Positions 47,910 through 54,305 of a stretch of DNA of 54,305 nt are shown here, piece after piece. The stretch is taken from positions 1 through 54,305 of the IMG/VR virus record IMGVR_UViG_3300034161_000026. One strand, given 5' to 3'. Made by a program: the position numbers and the translations under genes. Under the pieces are notes generated by a model. It was not told where the DNA came from. It did not search any database and worked only from the letters and a program-made list of their open reading frames with translations. Source of the DNA: a virus (taxonomy: Duplodnaviria; Caudoviricetes). Numbering within the stretch: the first letter of the stretch is position 1; the number at the start of each line of letters is the position of its first letter.

Positions 47910-48335
47910 ATGTCAGTTACCGACAAAGACCGCGACATGCTCGCCCGCACCCTTTGGGGCGAGGCCCGCGGCGAGAGCCTGGCCGGCCAGATCGCCGTCG
48001 CCTGGACTATTCGCAACCGCGTCAATGACGGCAAGCTCAGATCGTGGTGGGGCGAGGGCTATGCCGGCGTGTGCCTGGCGCCGCACCAGTTCAGTTGCTG
48101 GAACAAGAACGACCCGAACTTCGCCTACCTGTCGGGCGCGAGGCAGATCCCTTTCCGTGAGCTGGTCCAGGCGCGGATCGCCGCTGATCAGGTGATTGAC
48201 GGCAAGGTGCCGGATCCTACCGGCGGCGCTACGCACTATTACGCGATCGCCATGAAGACGGCCCCGGCCTGGGCGGCGAAGGCCAAGCTAACGCTGAAAC
48301 TCGGTGGGCACGTCTTCTTTAAGGATGTACCGTGA
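47910..48335 (+). CDS. Endolysin, SleB/Hydrolase_2 cell wall hydrolase
   Basis: LART.WGEARGE, QFSCWN, DPT.GATHYY, GHVF. Confidence 0.9.
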   Translation: MSVTDKDRDMLARTLWGEARGESLAGQIAVAWTIRNRVNDGKLRSWWGEGYAGVCLAPHQFSCWNKNDPNFAYLSGARQIPFRELVQARIAADQVIDGKVPDPTGGATHYYAIAMKTAPAWAAKAKLTLKLGGHVFFKDVP

Positions 48336-48844
48336 GCCCCGCTGCGTGGAAGGTGGCCGGACTCCTGGCTCTGGTGCTGGCAACCGCCGGCGCAGCCTGG
48401 AAGGTCCAAGACTGGCGCTACGGCAAGCAGCTCGCCGAACAGGCCGGCCTGCATCAGGACGATCTGACCGCCATCAGCAGCGCGGCCGCCGCCCAGGTGC
48501 GCGCTGATCAGGATAAACGCCTGGCGCTCGAGCAGCGGCTGTCAGCCAGCGATCAAACACACCACAAGGAACTGAGCGATGCTCAAACCAATCAGGCTCG
48601 CCTGCGCGATCGCCTCGCTACTTCTGATCTGCGGCTGTCAGCCCTTCTCGAAGCCACGGACTTCGTCGGCAGCTGTTCAATGCCAGCCGCCAATGGCGGC
48701 GGCGTGGTTCATGGAAGCGCGAGCGCCCGACTTGACCCGGCGCATGCTCAACGAATTGTCGCCATCACCGACGCCGGTGACCAAGGACTGATTGCGCTGG
48801 CGGCTTGCCAAGCATATGTGAAAGCAGTGAGCTATAGCGAGTAA
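48332..48844 (+). CDS. i-spanin (Rz), pair 2
   Basis: TM, VQDWRY, ARLD, L.ACQAY. Confidence 0.85.
   Translation: MSPAAWKVAGLLALVLATAGAAWKVQDWRYGKQLAEQAGLHQDDLTAISSAAAAQVRADQDKRLALEQRLSASDQTHHKELSDAQTNQARLRDRLATSDLRLSALLEATDFVGSCSMPAANGGGVVHGSASARLDPAHAQRIVAITDAGDQGLIALAACQAYVKAVSYSE
48579..48791 (+). CDS. Embedded o-spanin (Rz1), pair 2
   Basis: Lipobox LICGC, CQPP..AAW.M, nested in the +1 frame. Confidence 0.7.
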   Translation: MLKPIRLACAIASLLLICGCQPFSKPRTSSAAVQCQPPMAAAWFMEARAPDLTRRMLNELSPSPTPVTKD

Positions 48845-48973
48845 ACTTATGAAGGAAAATCGAGAGTACATTGGCTGATGTGATTGCAGGCAAAATTTGC
48901 CAATTTATACTACTTGCAACTACACAAGCAATTCAAATAATCTCATGCTCTACCTTGATCTGGAGAGAACCAA

Positions 48974-49573
48974 TTGGCGGGAAATCAAAGTCGACTTGAG
49001 CGCATTCAGTCAATAGCATCAATAGCTTCGTCAATTGCTATCCCACTCGTTCTTGCGGTTGCCGGTTATTTTGTTCAGCGACAAATTTCTGATGATGGAA
49101 TCAAGAAGGATTATGTCTCGATTGCCACAGGAATTCTTCGCGATAAGTCTGACGGACAAGATCCAGCGTTGAGGGATTGGGCTGTGACTGTCTTGGCGAA
49201 ATATTCGCCAGTCACTTTTTCAGCAGAGGCTAAGGATGGGTTAGGGCGCGGGCTGCCTGTTCAGTTGTTCTCCACGGACTTGCCTGCCTTGGCTCGCCAA
49301 AAAAAGCAAGATCCACTTTGCTCTCCTACATGCTCCGGCAGCCTAAGTTCTTTGCTGAAAGACTTGCGGGGCCGGCTAGAAAATGAAAGTGACTCTCCTG
49401 TTGGGCCAAAATCAGCTGTCCGTGCAGCCAGATTGTTTAAGGAGTCACTAGATACTTCAATCAACTTAAATCTTGAACTCGCCAGTGCGCTTGACCATGC
49501 CAGAATATCCGGAAAGACTTGCGAGGCATTTTATGATTCCTATCATGATCTAAATATTAAGTCGGCTCCTTGA
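48974..49573 (+). CDS. Membrane-anchored moron protein
   Basis: IAIPLVLAVAGYFV TM; LRDWAV. Confidence 0.65.
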   Translation: MAGNQSRLERIQSIASIASSIAIPLVLAVAGYFVQRQISDDGIKKDYVSIATGILRDKSDGQDPALRDWAVTVLAKYSPVTFSAEAKDGLGRGLPVQLFSTDLPALARQKKQDPLCSPTCSGSLSSLLKDLRGRLENESDSPVGPKSAVRAARLFKESLDTSINLNLELASALDHARISGKTCEAFYDSYHDLNIKSAP

Positions 49574-49680
49574 TTTCTTGTATTACCTACGCGCCGATCC
49601 ACCCGGAACCATTCAAACGCCTCAGTCGGCTCGCCCTGGAGCAGAACCATGTTCGGCGCGCTCCTTGGGTGTGTCAGAGC
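49543..49680 (-). pseudogene. 3' remnant of an SOS-response-associated peptidase (SRAP/YedK)
   Basis: TPKERAE, frameshift, then MVLLQGEPTEAFEWFRVDRRVGNTRNQGADLI*. Confidence 0.7.
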
Positions 49681-49830
49681 GTCGAGCTGGGAGGCAGGCT
49701 AAGCCAGCCAATATGTAGCCCCCAGAACGATGGCGACCCATATAATGCTTAGTACAAAAAGGAGGACGATGAAGCCGTTCTCAGACATAGCAACACCTGT
49801 GGGGAGATGCCTTGTAGTGAGAATAGCCCC

Positions 49831-50241
49831 TCAAACCTTACCAACCGAGTAATCCGGCTGAAGGCAGCTCCCGATCGCGTTAACCAGTGCATCCATGGAC
49901 CATGGCTTTCGAAGATAGATTGTTGAAGAGGGCACCGAAGCGGGGTCAAGCTCAAGGCCAGATGTCAGAATCGCGGAGGTCGCTGGCCATTTGGCCCTTA
50001 CCATCTCGATGAACTCCCGGCCTTGAAGTTGCCCTGGTAACCCCTGGTCCACAATCACCAGCGGACAGTTGCCGTCTGTCTGAAGAAGAAAAATAAAAGC
50101 CGCACCAGCCGTTTCGAAGTCCAAGGACTGAACACCGATCTCCGACAGAATTTCCATCATCAACGTGCGTAAGGTTGGGTCGTCTTCAACAACGATTGCC
50201 CACCCCGTATGCGGTGAGAGATTTCTCCTTTCAACGTCCAC
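49831..50241 (-). CDS. Stand-alone receiver-domain (CheY-like) protein
   Basis: VVEDD, IVDQGLPG, LTSG, RKP. Confidence 0.85.
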   Translation of the reverse strand: MDVERRNLSPHTGWAIVVEDDPTLRTLMMEILSEIGVQSLDFETAGAAFIFLLQTDGNCPLVIVDQGLPGQLQGREFIEMVRAKWPATSAILTSGLELDPASVPSSTIYLRKPWSMDALVNAIGSCLQPDYSVGKV

Positions 50242-50493
50242 GCTCGTTTCCTTAATTGGCTCAGTTCCACCACAAAGCAGATGGGCCAGTGTAGGCCTCT
50301 TTCTCTTGAGATTGATTTTTAATGGTAGGGCCGTTTCTACGAATCGTTAGATTCGACCAGAGCTAGCTCTGCCGGACAGGGCATGGGTTCGAATACCTAT
50401 CGGGTAGGTGATCAGGTATGGGCGCAATCGATGCAGCGCTCCCCCTAGCCGCGCTGTACCATCTTCTTATCAGACGGAGTTGCGCGAGGTGGC

Positions 50494-50745
50494 ATGGTGA
50501 GTCAACACAATCCAAAAAAAGTTGAGAAGAAAGATAAGACAATTGGCGAGCGACTCCGTGAAGAACGGAGTCGACTCAGGATGACTCAGCAGGAATTTGG
50601 CTCCGCCGGCGGAGTCCGGACTGATGCTCAATACAAGTATGAAAGCGGCTTACGCATACCCAGGGCGGATTATCTCGCAGAGATATCCAAGGTCGGCGCA
50701 GACATTTACTACGTTGTTACAGGAAATCACCTTCCGCTTGGATGA
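50494..50745 (+). CDS. XRE HTH regulator
   Basis: IGERLREER.RL..TQ..FG..GGV...AQ..YE.G...P...YL. Confidence 0.85.
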   Translation: MVSQHNPKKVEKKDKTIGERLREERSRLRMTQQEFGSAGGVRTDAQYKYESGLRIPRADYLAEISKVGADIYYVVTGNHLPLG

Positions 50746-50822
50746 ATCCAGCCAGAGACGAACATCAGAACGATAAATAGCTCGAAGATCATCGTCCGCG
50801 TTTAGCCGATATAGTTCGTGTC

Positions 50823-50888
50823 GAAAGTCCGCAATCGACCCATAGCTGCCGGTCAGCACCGGCAGTAAATGGCGATTAGCGGCCATTC
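50823..50888. repeat. REP-like hairpin cluster A
   Basis: Reverse complement contains GGCAGCTATGGGTCGATTGCGGAC. Confidence 0.6.
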
Positions 50889-50947
50889 GGGCGTATTCAC
50901 ACAGGACTGTAGGTGGCTAAAACGAAACCGACGCCTGCCAATATTCC

Positions 50948-51610
50948 TTAAGTAATCAGAACTCCATATTCATTATAAATAAATTTTCGCCCACCTTTGG
51001 TATGAGCAATTAGAAATTTTTCTACCTCATCAAAGCTGTAGCTGTTCACGACATCCATTTCTGGTGTTACGCAGAATAACTCCTCCCCTTTTTCTAGATC
51101 GAAAAGAAAAATCTTATCCGTATGCCCGGTTAAATCTTTCACTGCGCTAAAGTTGGTCTTACAAAACGCCAACTTCCCATTTCTGGAAACACCACTATCT
51201 ACAATAGATGCGGTCAACTTTTTAATAATGATTGGATTGCCCTTGCAATCAAAAACATTGAAAACTGCTGAGCCGTGCTCTTCGATCCAGCTTTCGAGAC
51301 TAAACGTTCCATTATCTGCTATAGAACCTTTGTTAGGCCTAAGAATTTTTCCACGAGCAGTTACTATGTCGGCTGTGAGGTCAGCCAATAAAAACTCACC
51401 TACGCTCCTGTTATAAAATGATTTTCCAACATCTTTAGAAGATGATGCCGCCCAAGACAGAGCCCAATTTTTTAACCTAGACAGGCGATATAGTCCTTGA
51501 TAACCAATTGACTCGATGACCATTAGGGGTCTACTGAACACAATCGTACGCGTTGTATTCTTCAAGTTTCTTTCGGGACTTACCTGACTTTTCTTCATAA
51601 AGTCATTCAC
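50948..51610 (-). CDS. AT-rich beta-strand-rich hypothetical protein
   Basis: 220 aa, coupled to the upstream XRE fusion gene. Confidence 0.65.
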   Translation of the reverse strand: MNDFMKKSQVSPERNLKNTTRTIVFSRPLMVIESIGYQGLYRLSRLKNWALSWAASSSKDVGKSFYNRSVGEFLLADLTADIVTARGKILRPNKGSIADNGTFSLESWIEEHGSAVFNVFDCKGNPIIIKKLTASIVDSGVSRNGKLAFCKTNFSAVKDLTGHTDKIFLFDLEKGEELFCVTPEMDVVNSYSFDEVEKFLIAHTKGGRKFIYNEYGVLIT

Positions 51611-52068
51611 TCAATGTGATTGGCAGTATTTAATCGAGCACCCGTAGTAATGTAGTGAATGTCAGCCCCCAAGAAATTTATGTTCGCCAAATAATCAGCT
51701 TTTGGGGTTCGCATTCCTCGCTCATATTTATACTGAGCATCGGTATTCACGCCACCAACGGCTCCAAAATGTTGCTGAGTCATCTTCAATTTGACCCGCT
51801 CCTCACGTAACCGACTGCCAATAGTGCTTGGGCCCGTTCCGACAATTTCCTTGGACGCCTGCCTGGTCATACTTGCCTGTTTATAAGCGTCATCAATCTC
51901 AGCAGTGATGTCCTGGACAGCCTTTAACGTGTCCCGAATGCGCTTGACAGCTTCCACTCCACCAAATTTCTCAACGATGGTCAGTAGCCCTTGCAGAGCC
52001 TCCTCAAAGCCTCGTTGGTTAGTGTGCAAGCGTTCAATTATTTCTGCTAAAGCATGCTTTGTCGGCAT
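51607..52068 (-). CDS. Helical domain plus XRE HTH fusion protein
   Basis: C-terminus paralogous to 50494-50745; N-terminus resembles 53123-53332. Confidence 0.8.
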   Translation of the reverse strand: MPTKHALAEIIERLHTNQRGFEEALQGLLTIVEKFGGVEAVKRIRDTLKAVQDITAEIDDAYKQASMTRQASKEIVGTGPSTIGSRLREERVKLKMTQQHFGAVGGVNTDAQYKYERGMRTPKADYLANINFLGADIHYITTGARLNTANHIE

Positions 52069-52167
52069 CCCGCCTCCTCATGTGCATGAGGCAGAATCCT
52101 AGCAGTGATGCATGGAGAGGAAAAGTTATCGGGGGAGACTCGGCTGCCATCTTAAATTCATGGTGAT

Positions 52168-52254
52168 CGGGTCGATAGCTGTCCTGCACGACAGGCAGCT
52201 ATTGGCCGATTTCAGCCTGTCGCGACCGGCTTAAAACGACCCATAGTGGACATC
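52168..52254. repeat. REP-like hairpin cluster B
   Basis: GGCAGCTATTGGCCGATTTCAGCC plus inverted and partial units. Confidence 0.6.
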
Positions 52255-52328
52255 TCGTCTAGGTCACGGTATTCGACGTTGCGGATAGGCAAGGAAAGTA
52301 TTTTGCCAAATCGGTGTGACTCGACCCT

Positions 52329-52958
52329 TTAAAGCGGCCGGTTGAGCAGCAGTAAACGGGTCGCCAGAGCTGTCATTACCGCAGCGAAGCCATAAGCACC
52401 AAGGCGTTTAGATATCATGCCTTTGCTGAGGCGCCCATGCAGCCGTCCGGCGCAAAATCCGATCAGGGAATGGAAAATCAATGCGATCAGCGCAAGCAAC
52501 AAACCTAAGAACATCAATTGCGAGGTGACGCTGCTGGCACCTACGCTGACGAACTGCGGCAGGAATACCATGAAGAACAACAGCGCCTTAGGGTTTAACA
52601 GACTGTTGAGCGTGGCTCGGGCAAGGATCTTCCGAAACGAAGCCTGTATAGCTTGAGTATCAGTGTCCGCAGGAGGAGTCTTCAATGCCTGCCAGGCCAG
52701 CCACATCAGATAACAAGCCCCAGCCCACCGTAGCAAGTCAAACGCCGGCGCCCAACTCATCACCAGCGCACCGAGACCTGCGCTAACCATGACGGTCATC
52801 AGAACATCGGCCAGGGTTATTCCTAGTGCTGCGGCGAGGCCGGCGCGCCAACCGTGGGCAACTGCATGGCTGCTGACGATAGCCATGTTAGGGCCAGGCA
52901 CGATCAGCAACATCAAGGCGGCGGCAATGAATAGGTAGAGGTTAGTGGCGTCCGGCAT
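52329..52958 (-). CDS. LysE/RhtB-family exporter
   Basis: PGPNM, GACYL.WL, LNPKALLFF..FLPQF. Confidence 0.92.
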   Translation of the reverse strand: MPDATNLYLFIAAALMLLIVPGPNMAIVSSHAVAHGWRAGLAAALGITLADVLMTVMVSAGLGALVMSWAPAFDLLRWAGACYLMWLAWQALKTPPADTDTQAIQASFRKILARATLNSLLNPKALLFFMVFLPQFVSVGASSVTSQLMFLGLLLALIALIFHSLIGFCAGRLHGRLSKGMISKRLGAYGFAAVMTALATRLLLLNRPL

Positions 52959-53100
52959 AGAGCAATACTTCCTTGGGTGAGGAGTAATGCTAACCGGTAG
53001 TAGTTAGGCAGAAGCAGATACAGTGGGGATGGATTTGGCCGCAACAGTCTGGTGTGGAGAGGCAAAATCCGTTCGACAGCATGGTGAAAAAAGTTCGAGC

Positions 53101-53124
53101 GGCTGCTATTGGCCGATTGCAGTC
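53101..53124. repeat. REP-like hairpin unit C
   Basis: GGCTGCTATTGGCCGATTGCAGTC. Confidence 0.6.
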
Positions 53125-53332
53125 ACTCTGGTGCCATCAGAACCGCCAGCGTCAACTTGATAAACTCTTCGTTTTTGTCGATCGTGGCCAGCGCGCCGCG
53201 AACATTTTCGGCTATTTCGGCAGAACCGCGAGCCTCGACCCAATTGGTGAGTTCCATGATTGCCGCTTCGAGGGCGAGTTGGTTTTCGTTGATCTTGAAA
53301 AGCAGGGAAGGGAGAAGGTCTGAATTTGGCAT
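53123..53332 (-). CDS. Hypothetical small helical protein
   Basis: ENQLALEAAIMEL..WVE.RG; GAGGA RBS. Confidence 0.7.
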   Translation of the reverse strand: MPNSDLLPSLLFKINENQLALEAAIMELTNWVEARGSAEIAENVRGALATIDKNEEFIKLTLAVLMAPE

Positions 53333-53549
53333 CGCGAATCCTCGGTTAAAAGGTCAGCGTAGCAGAGCGCAAAACTTGATTGGGGGAAGTGATTCAGCTT
53401 TGCAGGACGCCGGGATGCAGGGATTTTCTCGTCGAAAGCCTGTAGGGACTTTTGCGGGAGATCGTGAAACCTGGCTGAACACCGTAGAGCGTCGATTGCA
53501 GTGGGCGCCTACGTAATATGCTGCTTTTAAAAGCTTTTTAGGACGTCCG

Positions 53550-53599
53550 CTAGCATGGGGTGCTAGGGGTCGAGTGTTCGAATCACTCCGTCCCGACCA
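53550..53599 (+). other. attR: duplicated 3' part of tRNA-Pro(GGG)
   Basis: CTAGC-ATGGGGT-GCTAG anticodon arm, GTTCGAATC T-loop, CCA end; 5' acceptor strand and D arm missing. Confidence 0.88.
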
Positions 53600-53626
53600 T
53601 ATTTACTGAGTTAAATCAGGCAATTA

Positions 53627-53652
53627 AGCCGATCACCTAGATCGGCTTTTTT
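53627..53652 (+). terminator. Terminator after the tRNA fragment
   Basis: AAGCCGATC-ACCTA-GATCGGCTTTTT. Confidence 0.8.
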
Positions 53653-53718
53653 GTGTATGCGCAAAACCTCGATAGTGCCCGCTGTCTTCCTAAAACCCGC
53701 TGACTCAGCAGACACTGT

Positions 53719-54072
53719 TCAGCTTTTTGCCCCTGATCTCTTTTCGGCGGTAACGATGCAAGCGGCGAAAAAATTGTTTTGGAATTGAGCGATCGCTTCC
53801 TGTTGCTTCGCCTCGGTCGGGTACTTGGGAATCTGGTACGCCTCTTTGATCAGTACCTTGAACAACCCGCTTATGTATTCGTTTCCAGCGTCTTCGGCTA
53901 TTTGCCACAGTGCTGACATCGGCGCACCTTCCTGCCGGCTTTTCATGACCTGCCGGGCCGAGTTTTCTGTTCGCTTGCACTCTTCGAAGTCTTCACTCGG
54001 CAGGGGGGAGCCTTGAGCCGCAAGACTGAGGGTGAACATTGCAGCGGCTGTAGCGAAGCGTTGTGTATACAT
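53719..54072 (-). CDS. Exported hypothetical protein (outside attR)
   Basis: Signal-peptide-like N-terminus, AAGGA RBS. Confidence 0.65.
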   Translation of the reverse strand: MYTQRFATAAAMFTLSLAAQGSPLPSEDFEECKRTENSARQVMKSRQEGAPMSALWQIAEDAGNEYISGLFKVLIKEAYQIPKYPTEAKQQEAIAQFQNNFFAACIVTAEKRSGAKS

Positions 54073-54305
54073 GACGCATCATCCTTGATTTAAAAGCGAA
54101 ATTTACCACTAATGGCGCGCGGCTATCGCATCTGCGACCAGAAGTTGGGGCCGGGCCTGATAAATTGCAGGCAAAGAAAAGCCCGCGACGAGAAGGGCTG
54201 ATTTAGATTCAATGAAGGACTCTGCGACTCTCTCCAATCCTGACCCGATCGAGTGCCCGGTTTAGCGCATCCAAGGCGTCCAGGAGAGCTTTAGCCTCAG
54301 ACTCC

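Larger units (their letters stand above)
1..53599. mobile_element. Lambdoid siphoviral prophage integrated at tRNA-Pro; left end (attL) lies outside the window
   Basis: Integrase at left edge, complete immunity/replication/lysis/head/tail gene order, tRNA 3' fragment at right end. Confidence 0.95.

Noticed and set aside
50823-53124. CRISPR array or integron attC sites
   Set aside because: No regular repeat-spacer period, no cas or intI gene, and no RYYYAAC...GTTRRRY ends
53520-53599. Intact tRNA-Pro gene
   Set aside because: 5' acceptor strand and D arm are absent; it is the att duplication

Overview
Nearly complete lambdoid siphoviral prophage of a Pseudomonas-like host, about 53.6 kb, integrated in tRNA-Pro(GGG). 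The tyrosine integrase runs off the left edge and the duplicated tRNA 3' half (attR) lies at 53550-53599. Gene order: int/xis, a very short leftward early operon, ~10 kb of cargo between the PL operators and cI, then cI/cro/cII, O-like initiator/DnaC/DnaB, Q, hicAB, holin plus spanins, an Ntn-hydrolase, terminase/head, a lambda-type tail with morons, endolysin plus a second spanin pair, and right-end cargo. The cargo includes a YafO toxin with a non-YafN partner, a solo nucleotidyltransferase, a TM-pYEATS protein, a Nudix-like protein, an IS66 remnant and a DUF6387-like gene. Most notable is a P22 immI-like antirepressor switch (XRE / Arc / DUF3077 / Rha-ANT) with an unannotated predicted ~65-nt antisense RNA that has its own promoter and terminator, paired with a repressor lacking an autocleavage domain. 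Also notable are duplicated 42-bp promoter-operator modules that may put cargo genes under repressor control, a HicB with an extra C-terminal domain, and several candidate anti-phage effectors. All family calls come from motif recognition by eye; no database searches were run.
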